Assembly (NCBI GenBank): GCA_963720545.1
Contig: OY970399.1
Location: 224,001 to 288,000, forward strand
Length of the DNA: 64,000 bases
Origin: an uncultured Acidobacteriota bacterium
Lineage (GTDB): Bacteria; Acidobacteriota; Vicinamibacteria; Fen-336
Direction: 5' to 3'
Shown: piece after piece, positions 43,732 to 52,780 of the stretch
How the letters are laid out: the number at the start of each line of letters is the position of its first letter
Numbering within the stretch: position 1 is the stretch's first letter
The notes under the pieces: generated by a model
Seen by the model: the letters and a program-made list of their open reading frames with translations, nothing else
Told to the model about the DNA's origin: nothing
The model's database searches: none
Position numbers and translations under genes: made by a program

Positions 43732-45423
43732 ATGCTTAAACTGCTGATAGTAAAGAACATAGCGCTGAGCGCCTCGGTGGAGCTCGAATTCGCTCCCGGG
43801 CTCAACCTGTTGACAGGTGAAACGGGGGCCGGAAAGAGCCTCGTCGTCGATGCGCTGGGGCTGGTTCTCGGCGCCCGCGGCGACGCCGAACTGATCCGCA
43901 CCGGCGAGAAAACCGCGACCGTGGAAGCCGTGTTCGACGTGCCTGGAATCGGGGCGCTTCTCGAGGCACGCGGCCTCCCGGTGGACGGCGACGAGGTGAT
44001 CCTGCGCCGCGAGCTGGGCGCCGCCGGCCGTTCGCGCGCTGCCGTCAACGGCGCGCTCGTTCCCGTCGCCACGCTGCGCGAGCTGGCGCCGGCCCTCGCC
44101 GCCATCCATGGCCAGAACGAGCACCGCGATCTCCTCGACGAGGACAGCCACGGCGAGTTCCTGGACGAGTTCGCCGGGCTCCTCGCCGAGCGTGCTGCCC
44201 TCGGCGACGCGTACCGAGACCTGCGCGCGGCTGAGGCAGAGCTCGAAGCGACGACGGCGGGCGAGCGCGGCCTCGCCGACCGGCGGGAGTTCCTTTCCTT
44301 CCAGCTCACCGAGATCGACCGCGCGGCGCTCGAGCCAGGCGAGGACGAGATCCTCGCCGCCGAACGCGTGGTGCAAGCGAACTCGGGCCGCCTCGCCGGG
44401 CTCTCGAGCGAGGCATACGCGGCGCTCTACGAAGACGAGGGTGCCGTCCTCGAGAAGCTAGCCGCCATCTACCGCAAGGTGCAGGAACTCGCGGCGCTCG
44501 ACCCGCGGTTCGCGCCACACCTCGAGAGCCGCGCCGCCGTCACGGCAAGCCTCGACGAGCTGGCGCTCTTCCTGCGCGACTACAAGGACACGCTCGGCGC
44601 CGACCCCGCGCGTCTCGATGCCATCGAGTCGCGACTCGCGCTCATCGACCGCCTGAAGAAGCGCCACGGCGGCTCGCTCGTCGCGGTTCTCGAATTCGCG
44701 GAGCGCACTCGCGACGAGCTCGGCTTGTCGCGGTCGCCTGAGGAGACGCTGGCGCTCCTCGAGAAGCGCGTGTCGGACGGCCGACAACGCTATCGCGCGC
44801 TCGCAGTTGCGCTGTCGGCGAAGCGGCGCAAGGCAGCGCTCGTCCTCGAGAAGCGCGTGTTGCGCGAGCTCGGCGAGCTGGCGATGGAGAAGACGGCGTT
44901 CACCGTTGCGCTCTCTTCATCGAACGAACCCGAACTCTGGGGAGCAACCGGCTTCGACCGGCCGCAGTTCTGCATCTCGGCAAACGTCGGCGAAGAGTCG
45001 CGGCCGCTCGCGCGCGTCGCGTCGGGCGGAGAGCTGTCGCGCATCCTGCTCGCGCTGCGCACCGTGGAAGCGGGAAGGAAGAATCGCGCCACTGCGGTCT
45101 TCGATGAAGTCGACTCGGGAATCGGCGGCAGGGTTGCAGAAGTCGTCGGGCGCAAGCTGCGCGCGGTGGCGCAGTATCGCCAGGTCCTCTGCGTCACGCA
45201 CCTCGCCGCTGTCGCCTCGCAGGCCGACGCGCACTTCGTGGTGCGCAAGCGCGTGGCTTCGGGCCGCACGCTCAGCGAAGTGGCCGAGCTCGATGCGGCC
45301 GGACGCATCGAAGAGATCGCGCGGATGATGGGCGGCGAGACCATAACCGCCACCAGCCGCAAGCACGCGCGTGAGATGCTGGAGCATGCACAGGCGAAGC
45401 CGCGCGTGAAGGCGGGCGAGTGA
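43732..45423 (+). CDS. recN: DNA repair protein RecN
   Basis: TGETGAGKS, HGQ, ASGGELSR, FDEVDSGIGG, VTH. Confidence 0.95.
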   Translation: MLKLLIVKNIALSASVELEFAPGLNLLTGETGAGKSLVVDALGLVLGARGDAELIRTGEKTATVEAVFDVPGIGALLEARGLPVDGDEVILRRELGAAGRSRAAVNGALVPVATLRELAPALAAIHGQNEHRDLLDEDSHGEFLDEFAGLLAERAALGDAYRDLRAAEAELEATTAGERGLADRREFLSFQLTEIDRAALEPGEDEILAAERVVQANSGRLAGLSSEAYAALYEDEGAVLEKLAAIYRKVQELAALDPRFAPHLESRAAVTASLDELALFLRDYKDTLGADPARLDAIESRLALIDRLKKRHGGSLVAVLEFAERTRDELGLSRSPEETLALLEKRVSDGRQRYRALAVALSAKRRKAALVLEKRVLRELGELAMEKTAFTVALSSSNEPELWGATGFDRPQFCISANVGEESRPLARVASGGELSRILLALRTVEAGRKNRATAVFDEVDSGIGGRVAEVVGRKLRAVAQYRQVLCVTHLAAVASQADAHFVVRKRVASGRTLSEVAELDAAGRIEEIARMMGGETITATSRKHAREMLEHAQAKPRVKAGE

Positions 45424-46739
45424 CGGCACAGCCGCGCCGCTATTTCGTCGAGACGTTCGGCTGCCAGATGAACGTCAACGATTCCGAGAAGGTCATCGGC
45501 CTGCTCGAATCCGCCGGCCATCAACCGGCCGCGAGCGCGCAGCAGGCCGACTTCATTTTCATCAACACCTGTGCGGTGCGCGAGAAAGCCGCCGAGAAAC
45601 TGTTCTCGGCGCTCGGACGATTCGGCGCGCGCAAGAGGCAGGAGCCCAATCTCGTGGTCGCGGTCGGCGGCTGCGTCGCGCAGCTGCAGGGCACCGATGT
45701 CGCGAAGCGCGCGCCGTACGTGGACATCCTGGTGGGCACGCACAACTTCGGGCGCGTGCCGGAATTGCTCGACGAATTCGAGCGCACACGTTTCCGCCAG
45801 GTGGACCTCGATCGCAAGGCGAGCACCTTCGCGATTCCTACCGAAGTCGTGGCGCACGCGAATCCCGTGCGTGCGTTCGTCACAGTGACCGAGGGCTGCA
45901 ATCACGTCTGTAGCTTCTGCGTCGTGCCGCGCACGCGCGGACCGGAGGTTTGTCGGACGGCCGACAGTGTCGTCGATGAGGTGCGCGCGCTGGTGGCGCG
46001 CGGCTACCGCGAGGTGATGCTGCTCGGACAAACGGTGAACGCGTACGCTCACGACAGTTGCGACTTCACCTCACTGTTGGAACGCGTCGCGAGCATTCAC
46101 GGCCTTGCGCGCCTGCGCTTCACCACGTCCCATCCGCAACACGTCGACGAACGGTTCGCGCGTGCTCTGCGCGACATCGACGCGCTGTGCCCCTACCTGC
46201 ACTTGCCTGTGCAGACGGGTTCCGATCGGGTGCTGGCGCACATGCGCCGCGGCTACACACGCGATGAGTACTGTCGGACGGCCGACATGCTGCGCCGCTT
46301 CACTCCCGACCTCGCGCTCACGTCCGACATCATCGTCGGCTATCCCGGTGAGACTGAGGCCGAGTTCGAGGAAACGGTTTCGCTCATCGAGCAGGTCGGC
46401 TTCGACGGCGTCTTCGTATTCGCGTACTCGCCGCGTCCGGGCACCACCGCGCATCGCATCGTTGATGACGTCACCGAGGAAGAGAAGCTGCGCCGACTAC
46501 ACGTGGTGAACTCGATGCAGCAGCGGTTGCAGCACGCGCGCAACCTCGGCGCGATCGGCACCAGGCAACGGGTGCTGGTCGAGAACGCCACCGGCGCGGG
46601 CCGCGTCTCGGGCCGCACGCCGCACTTCCGCCTCGTGCACTTCGCCGGTGAGGCGTCGCAGATCAACTCGTTGGTGGACGTGGATATCACCGCCGCCACG
46701 CCGAACGCGTTGCAAGGAAACGTCGCCGGCGCGCACTGA
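45420..46739 (+). CDS. miaB: tRNA methylthiotransferase MiaB
   Basis: TFGCQMNVNDSE, NTCAVRE, GCNHVCSFC, RFTTSHP, C-terminal TRAM domain. Confidence 0.95.
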   Translation: MTAQPRRYFVETFGCQMNVNDSEKVIGLLESAGHQPAASAQQADFIFINTCAVREKAAEKLFSALGRFGARKRQEPNLVVAVGGCVAQLQGTDVAKRAPYVDILVGTHNFGRVPELLDEFERTRFRQVDLDRKASTFAIPTEVVAHANPVRAFVTVTEGCNHVCSFCVVPRTRGPEVCRTADSVVDEVRALVARGYREVMLLGQTVNAYAHDSCDFTSLLERVASIHGLARLRFTTSHPQHVDERFARALRDIDALCPYLHLPVQTGSDRVLAHMRRGYTRDEYCRTADMLRRFTPDLALTSDIIVGYPGETEAEFEETVSLIEQVGFDGVFVFAYSPRPGTTAHRIVDDVTEEEKLRRLHVVNSMQQRLQHARNLGAIGTRQRVLVENATGAGRVSGRTPHFRLVHFAGEASQINSLVDVDITAATPNALQGNVAGAH

Positions 46740-46741
46740 CG

Positions 46742-46771
46742 TTGACGGGCGGCTTTCACCGCCCCTATATT
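46742..46771 (+). promoter_or_regulatory. Sigma70-type promoter for the DUF151 gene
   Basis: TTGACG-18 nt-TATATT, 10 nt before the ATG. Confidence 0.5.
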
Positions 46772-46781
46772 CGTCGCCACC

Positions 46782-47267
46782 ATGGAGATTGCTGTCGAGG
46801 TGCGCGGCCTGCTCGTCGATCCCACCACCAACAGCCCCATCATCGTGCTGCGCGAACGCGACGGCGGCCGGTTGCTTCCGATCTGGGTGGGTGTTTTCGA
46901 AGCGAACGCGATCGCGATGGAGATCGAAGGCGTCAGCGCGCCGCGGCCGATGACGCACGACCTCACGCTGCGGCTCATCGGTCACCTGCAGGGCCGCATC
47001 GAGAGGGTGGTCGTCTGGTCGCTGCAGGAAAACACCTTCTACGCGCTCATCTTTCTCGATGCGGGGTTGAGCGAGCCCGTGCCTGTGGACGCGCGGCCGT
47101 CCGATGCGATCGCCCTGGCGCTGCGTGCGAACGCGCCGATCTTCGTTGCCGAAGACGTACTCGCCTCGACCGCCGAAAAGACTTCCGGGCGTTCGGAAAA
47201 CGTCGATCGGTTGCGTCAGTGGCTCGAAGGCTTGCCCGACGAGGACCTCGGCAAATACAAGATGTAG
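46782..47267 (+). CDS. Bifunctional nuclease family protein (DUF151)
   Basis: LPIWVG.FEA.AI, RPMTHDL, DARPSDAIALA. Confidence 0.93.
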   Translation: MEIAVEVRGLLVDPTTNSPIIVLRERDGGRLLPIWVGVFEANAIAMEIEGVSAPRPMTHDLTLRLIGHLQGRIERVVVWSLQENTFYALIFLDAGLSEPVPVDARPSDAIALALRANAPIFVAEDVLASTAEKTSGRSENVDRLRQWLEGLPDEDLGKYKM

Positions 47268-47298
47268 CGGATAAGTCTCACACCGCCACAATTTGTGC

Positions 47299-47328
47299 TT
47301 GACGGTTCTTCCGCGCATTTCCTATCAT
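47299..47328 (+). promoter_or_regulatory. Sigma70-type promoter for parAB
   Basis: TTGACG-18 nt-TATCAT. Confidence 0.55.
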
Positions 47329-47369
47329 CCCGACGTGCCCCACTCCTTGAGCCTGACCTTGGTGTCTTC

Positions 47370-48131
47370 GTGAGCGCAACCGTCATAGCCATCGCGAACC
47401 AGAAGGGAGGCGTGGGGAAGACGACAACCGCCATCAACCTCGCCGCCGCCCTCGCCCTGCGGGGTTTCCGGACCCTGCTCATCGACCTCGATCCCCAGGC
47501 GAACTCGTCCCTCACTTACCTGGAGTTCGACGCCGCCAACCGCTCGATGTACGAAGTCCTCTCCGAGGGCGCGGGCATCGAGGAGGTCGCCCTGCCAACC
47601 AAGGTGCCGAAGCTGTTCGTGGCCCCGGCGCGCATCGGCCTTGCCAAGCTCGAGGCCAAGCTCGCGGGCGAGATGGACGCGCCGTTCCGCCTCAAGGACA
47701 AGCTCGCGGAAGTGGCCGAGCCCTACGACTACGTCGTCATCGACACTCCGCCGGCGCTCGGCATCATCACCGTCAACGCGCTGGTTGCGGCAACCCACCT
47801 TCTGGTGCCGGTGCAGTCGAGCTATTTCGCGCTCGAGGGCACCGACGACCTGCTGGAAACGGTGGAGCGCGTGCGCTCGCGGCCGAACCCGGAACTGAAG
47901 CTGCTGGGTGCCGTCATCACGCTCCACGACAAGCGCACCACGCTCGCGCGCGACGTGCAGAAGGCGATCGCCGACGTGTTCGGCAACCGCGTCTTCAAGA
48001 CCACCATAACGCGCAGCATCCGCCTCGAGGAGAGCCCTGCGCATCGCGAACCGATCTTCAGTTTTGCGCCGCAGTCGAGCGGCGCGCTTGAGTACTACAA
48101 GCTGTGTGAGGAGGTCATCGAACGTGTCTAG
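47370..48131 (+). CDS. parA: ParA/Soj family ATPase
   Basis: NQKGGVGKTTTAIN, DLDPQAN, IDTPP. Confidence 0.93.
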   Translation: MSATVIAIANQKGGVGKTTTAINLAAALALRGFRTLLIDLDPQANSSLTYLEFDAANRSMYEVLSEGAGIEEVALPTKVPKLFVAPARIGLAKLEAKLAGEMDAPFRLKDKLAEVAEPYDYVVIDTPPALGIITVNALVAATHLLVPVQSSYFALEGTDDLLETVERVRSRPNPELKLLGAVITLHDKRTTLARDVQKAIADVFGNRVFKTTITRSIRLEESPAHREPIFSFAPQSSGALEYYKLCEEVIERV

Positions 48132-48972
48132 CACTCGTCGCTTCGGTTTGCCCACCGCCGTCCGCATGAGGCACGACGAGCATTTCGTCGACCGTCTCAA
48201 TCGCTCCGCCGGAATCCCGATCGGACGCCTCATCCCGATCGAGGACATCCACCCGAATCCCGAACAGCCGCGCCACGACATCGGCGACCTGTCGGAGCTC
48301 ATTGCCTCGGTGCGCGAGAAGGGCGTGCTCGAGCCGATCCTGGTGCGGCCGCGCGGCAGCGGCTACCAGATCATCGCCGGCGAGCGCCGCTATCGGGCGG
48401 CGCAGGAAGTCGGCCTCGCCGAGATTCCCTGCGTGGTGCGCGACTCCTCGGACGCCGAGTCGCTCGAGATCGCGCTCATCGAGAACCTGCAGCGCAAGGA
48501 CCTGCACGCCTTCGAAGAAGCCGAGGGCCTGCGCGTCCTCGCAGACACCTACGGCTACACGCACGAAGACCTCGCGGAGAAACTGGGACGCAGCCGGTCG
48601 TCAGTCACGGAAACGCTCAACCTCACGCAGATGCCCGATGAAGTGCGCGAGCTGTGCCGCTTCTCGAACATCACGTCGAAGTCGCTCCTGCTGCAGATCG
48701 TGCGCCTTGGCTCGGCCGAGGACATGATCGGCCTCATCAACCAGCTGCAGGAGCAGGGCACGCCCACCTCGCAGGGTGCCAGAAGGCTGCGGCAGGAGCT
48801 GAAGCCGGCGCCGGCATCAGGTGCGACGGCAAAGCCACGCCATTTCGTCTTCCGCTACCAGCCCGAGGAAAAGAACTTCCGTGTGACGCTGCAGTTCCGC
48901 AAGCAGCAGGTGCCACGCGAAGAGCTGATCGATGCCCTGCAGCGCATCATCAAGGAGCTGCGAGAAGCTTAA
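48124..48972 (+). CDS. parB: ParB/Spo0J family protein
   Basis: PNPEQPR, CTP-binding GERRYRA, IENLQR.DL, HTH LAEKLGRSRSSV. Confidence 0.9.
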   Translation: MSSTRRFGLPTAVRMRHDEHFVDRLNRSAGIPIGRLIPIEDIHPNPEQPRHDIGDLSELIASVREKGVLEPILVRPRGSGYQIIAGERRYRAAQEVGLAEIPCVVRDSSDAESLEIALIENLQRKDLHAFEEAEGLRVLADTYGYTHEDLAEKLGRSRSSVTETLNLTQMPDEVRELCRFSNITSKSLLLQIVRLGSAEDMIGLINQLQEQGTPTSQGARRLRQELKPAPASGATAKPRHFVFRYQPEEKNFRVTLQFRKQQVPREELIDALQRIIKELREA

Positions 48973-49007
48973 GTAAAGCTCCAGGAACTCGCTACTAAGT
49001 GGCTATC

Positions 49008-49694
49008 TTAGCTGGCTTTTTTGAGACTGGAGCGTCGAAACTTGTCCCATGGGATTCGGGTGGCGTGGACGATGTCCCAGAAGCCATTGGTGAGGCCGTA
49101 GCCCGTTTCCACCCCGACCTGGCTGTGGTGGAACCAATGATGGCGCTTGATGTAGCGCCAGTACTTGGAGCGGAAGTCGTAGAAGTGCACCGATTGGTGC
49201 ACCCACTCCTCGCCGATGTAGGCCACCATGAGGCCCGCCAGGAAGGTTGGCGCGGTGGCGACGGGTGCCAGGAAGCTGAGCGCCGCCACCGGCCCCAGGG
49301 CGGGCAGGGTGTCCTTCAGGGTGCCGTTGATGTGGTTGCCGTCCCAGGGCCGGGCATGGTGCTCATAGTGCAGGTGGTCGAAAAGGTCGTGACTCACTTT
49401 TCGCATACCGGCACCCTTCGGAAAACGCCCGTGGAGGATGAAGCGGTGGACCAGGTATTCGACCCAGGTCCAGGCGGCCGCACCAGCCGCGAACCAGGCG
49501 ATGGGCTGCCACCATGCGGACGCGCTGCGAAACGCCAGGAAGAGCACGATCAGCCCGTAACCGAGGTACGTGACGGTTACCGGGTACAACCGGCGGCGCG
49601 CACGGCGAGCTTCACCTTTCCAGTCGATTCCGACCGGAAACTTCGGGGGTGGCAGGCCCAATTCGGATTTGTGATTCGAGCTAGGTCCGTTCAC
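49008..49694 (-). CDS. Fatty acid hydroxylase/sterol desaturase family di-metal membrane enzyme (FA2H/Scs7-like)
   Basis: His boxes EYLVHRFILH, HLHYEHH, EEWVHQSVH, RHHWFHH; YGLT..FWD; start uncertain (GTG 49694 or an upstream ATG). Confidence 0.85.
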   Translation of the reverse strand: MNGPSSNHKSELGLPPPKFPVGIDWKGEARRARRRLYPVTVTYLGYGLIVLFLAFRSASAWWQPIAWFAAGAAAWTWVEYLVHRFILHGRFPKGAGMRKVSHDLFDHLHYEHHARPWDGNHINGTLKDTLPALGPVAALSFLAPVATAPTFLAGLMVAYIGEEWVHQSVHFYDFRSKYWRYIKRHHWFHHSQVGVETGYGLTNGFWDIVHATRIPWDKFRRSSLKKAS

Positions 49695-49875
49695 GGCTGT
49701 GATCCAGTATACGTCAACGGGCGGAGTCAAGATTCCCATTTCGCTCATAAAACGATGACAAAACTGCACCCTTTCGCCGCCAACGGGCGGGCTGATAAGA
49801 TGTTGCGGCTCAGGCGGCAGTCGTCGTGCGTGTAGCGAGTTCGGCCGCTTGAGGCCGGACGACCAGGGAGGGTGT

Positions 49876-51174
49876 ATGGACGCGGCCCAAAAGGCAGCGC
49901 AGAAGGAGAACGACACGGACCGCACAACGTTCGCCGACTACGACCACAGCAACTTCTACTACGGCGCGGGGGACGACCCCCTGAACCTGCTCACCCCGTT
50001 CGCCGAGTGGTATGAAGAGGCGCTGCCCAACGGGTACTACCTGTATTCCGAGCCGCTGCACACGGCGCCAGGAACCGAAGTCACGGTCGAAAGCCGCAAG
50101 AACGGCGAAAAGCTCTCGCTCATCAACTTCGCGTCGTACAACTATCTGGGCATCTCCTACCGCGAGGAAGTCAAGGAAGCGGCCCGCAAGGCGGTCGACA
50201 AGTATGGCCTCGGCGCCTCCGGCTCGCCGATCCTGAGCGGCACCATGGACGTCCACGAGGAGCTGGCGACCGCGGTCGCGCGCTTCAAGGACAAGGAAGC
50301 GGCGATCCTCTTTCCCACCGGCTACAGCGCCAACGTCGGTTTCATTTCGGCGCTGATGCGGCCGGGCGACAACATCCTCCTCGACCAGTACTCGCACGCC
50401 TCGATCGTCGACGGCGCGATCCTCGCGAAGTCGAAGACCACCTTCTTCCGCCACAACAACCCGCTCGACCTGGAGCGCAAGCTGAACGGCTGCAAGGGCA
50501 AGAAGCTGGTGGTCGTGGAAGGCGTCTACTCGATGGACGGCGACGTCTGCCTGCTGCCCGAGATCGTCGAGGTCGCCAAGCGCCACGGCGCCCGCATCCT
50601 CATCGACGAGGCGCACTCCACGTTCCTGTTCGGTCCCAACGGCCGCGGCGTCGCGGAGCACTTCGGCCTCGACGGCGAGATCGACTTCCACCTCGGCACC
50701 TTCTCGAAGAGCCTCGGCGGCCAGGGCGGCTTCGTCTGCGGCTCGCAGAAGCTCATCGACTACGTCAACGCCTTCGGCCGCTCGCGCTTCTTCTCGTGCA
50801 ACCTGGCGCCAATGCTCGCCGCGGGGCTCACCGCCGGCATCGAGATCGTCGAGAACGAGCCGGAGCTGCGCGCGCGTCTGTGGGGCAATGTCGCATTCCT
50901 GCGCCGCCGCTTCGCCGAAGAGGGCATCGACATCGGCAAGTCCAACTCGCAGGTGATGCCGGTGATGGTGAACAACGACCAGAAAGTGTTCGCGGTCGCC
51001 GAGAAGATCCAGGAACGCGGCTTGTTCCTGCAGCCGGTCACGTATCCCGCGGTGCCGAAGCACAAGTCGCGCCTGCGGATCTCCGTTTCGGCGGCACACT
51101 CTGAACAACAGCTCGAGAGGGCGGTGGGCATCATCAAGAGTGTGCTGGTCGAAGAGGGGATATGCCGGCGCTGA
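49876..51174 (+). CDS. spt: PLP-dependent alpha-oxoamine synthase, serine palmitoyltransferase-like
   Basis: NFASYNYLG, TGYSAN, SHASIVDG, EGVYSMDGD, DEAHS, PLP-Lys motif GTFSKSLG (SPT-type rather than KBL-type); lipid gene context. Confidence 0.75.
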   Translation: MDAAQKAAQKENDTDRTTFADYDHSNFYYGAGDDPLNLLTPFAEWYEEALPNGYYLYSEPLHTAPGTEVTVESRKNGEKLSLINFASYNYLGISYREEVKEAARKAVDKYGLGASGSPILSGTMDVHEELATAVARFKDKEAAILFPTGYSANVGFISALMRPGDNILLDQYSHASIVDGAILAKSKTTFFRHNNPLDLERKLNGCKGKKLVVVEGVYSMDGDVCLLPEIVEVAKRHGARILIDEAHSTFLFGPNGRGVAEHFGLDGEIDFHLGTFSKSLGGQGGFVCGSQKLIDYVNAFGRSRFFSCNLAPMLAAGLTAGIEIVENEPELRARLWGNVAFLRRRFAEEGIDIGKSNSQVMPVMVNNDQKVFAVAEKIQERGLFLQPVTYPAVPKHKSRLRISVSAAHSEQQLERAVGIIKSVLVEEGICRR

Positions 51175-51827
51175 CCCGATACGGATATTCCAACGCCATC
51201 AGCGGCTTCTTCGAGTTTCCAACCGAAAACGCGCGGCAGATACTGCCGGCGCACCTCGAGCCGGTGGAGCTGCACCACGGCACCAGCGTCTTCTCCATGA
51301 CCTGCTTCGACTTCACCGAGAGCATGGTGGGGTCGTACGGTGAAGTGGTGATGTCGGTGATCGTGGCGCCGCTTGTGAAACCGGGCGAACGCCTGCCGAA
51401 GTCGGCGTTCTACCCGTACCTTGTCGCGACCACCACGGCGGCGGCGCGCGAGCATGCGATCGAGCGCTGGCACCTGCCGCACTGGATGGAAGACGTGGCG
51501 ATGAGCTTCGACAACGCCGCGGGCATGATGACGTCACGGGTGACACTCGACGGCGAGCCGGTGGCCGAGCTCAGCATCAGCGAGCATCAGTGGCATCCGG
51601 TGTCGCATCTCTACCAGTCGTTCATGAAGGACGACTCGGGCGCTTACCTCGCCAACATCCTCATGGAAGGCCAGCAGAGCGAGCACGAGGACGAGCGCGG
51701 CAAGCTGACGCTGCACGACCATCCGTTCAACCGCTCGCTGATGATCGCCGACGTCTACGAGACGCCGTTCCGCGAGTTGTGGATGCGCGACGGGCGGCAG
51801 ACGTTCGATCCGCTGGTGACGCTCTAG
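51162..51827 (+). CDS. Acetoacetate decarboxylase (ADC)-fold protein of unknown function
   Basis: ARQILPAHLEP, FDFTESMVGSYGEV and AAREHAIERWHLP resemble ADC-superfamily patterns; overlaps the spt 3' end by 13 nt. Confidence 0.6.
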   Translation: MPALTRYGYSNAISGFFEFPTENARQILPAHLEPVELHHGTSVFSMTCFDFTESMVGSYGEVVMSVIVAPLVKPGERLPKSAFYPYLVATTTAAAREHAIERWHLPHWMEDVAMSFDNAAGMMTSRVTLDGEPVAELSISEHQWHPVSHLYQSFMKDDSGAYLANILMEGQQSEHEDERGKLTLHDHPFNRSLMIADVYETPFRELWMRDGRQTFDPLVTL

Positions 51828-51842
51828 AACGAGCGGCGGCTC

Positions 51843-52760
51843 GTGCCCGAACCGGTCTACGTCGTCTTCAACCCCCACTCGGGCCGCGGTCGCGGCGCAG
51901 CATTGGTCGAGCCGGTGCTCGCCGCGCTGCGCAGAGACGGCGATGGCGCCATGGTCGAGCATGGGCTCACGCAGAAGGCCGGCGACGAGGCAGTGCTGGC
52001 ACGCGAGGCGCTGCGCCGCGGCTTTCGCACCATCGTGGCGGTCGGCGGTGACGGCACCTGGAGCAACACCGCGCAGGCCCTGATCGGCGCCGACACCGAG
52101 GTGCGCCTGGGACTGGTCCCCGGCGGCACCGGCTGCGACTTCGCGCGCACGCTCGGCATCCCGCAGCAGGACGTCGCCGCGTGCGCCGCCATCCTGCGCG
52201 CCGGCCACACGCGCCTCGTGGACGTCGGCCGCGTCGAGGACCGCTATTTCCTCAACATCGTCGGCTTCGGCTACGACGTCGCGGTGCTCGAGGACTCGTG
52301 GACCGTGCCCTGGCTCGCCGGCAGCGCGCTCTACACCTACTGCGCGGTGAAACAGCTCGGCCGCTTTCCAGGTTTCGAAGTCGCGCTTCGCGACGGCGAC
52401 GGCGCCGCGGCGCAGGCACCGGCACGCCGGCTGTTGATGCTGATCGTCGCCAACGCGCGAGTCTTTGGCGGCGGCTTCCGCATCGCGCCGCAGGCCGAAC
52501 TCGAGGATGGCCTGCTCGACGCCGTCGCGATCGGCGACGCGCCTTTTTTCGGGCGGCTGGCGCTGATGCGCCAGCTGATGCGCGGCACGCACGGCGCCAA
52601 CCCCGCGGTCTCGGTCGCGCAAGGCGCGTCGTTCCGCCTCGCCTTCGCGGCGCCGCCGGCTTATGAGACCGACGGGGAATGGCAGCGCGCCGCGAGCGCC
52701 GAACTCACCGTCGCCGCCGTGCCGCGCGCGCTGCGCGTGCTGGCGCCCCCGGGCAACTGA
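51843..52760 (+). CDS. Diacylglycerol/sphingosine/ceramide kinase family protein
   Basis: NPHSG, VGGDGT, PGGTGCDFAR, GGGFRIAP, TDGE. Confidence 0.9.
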   Translation: MPEPVYVVFNPHSGRGRGAALVEPVLAALRRDGDGAMVEHGLTQKAGDEAVLAREALRRGFRTIVAVGGDGTWSNTAQALIGADTEVRLGLVPGGTGCDFARTLGIPQQDVAACAAILRAGHTRLVDVGRVEDRYFLNIVGFGYDVAVLEDSWTVPWLAGSALYTYCAVKQLGRFPGFEVALRDGDGAAAQAPARRLLMLIVANARVFGGGFRIAPQAELEDGLLDAVAIGDAPFFGRLALMRQLMRGTHGANPAVSVAQGASFRLAFAAPPAYETDGEWQRAASAELTVAAVPRALRVLAPPGN

Positions 52761-52780
52761 GCGGGGCAGCGGCGGTGTCC

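Noticed and set aside
49876..51174. Reading the oxoamine synthase as BioF or Kbl
   Set aside because: No bio or tdh genes are adjacent; the GTFSKS motif, N-terminal extension and lipid neighbours favour SPT. Not formally excluded.
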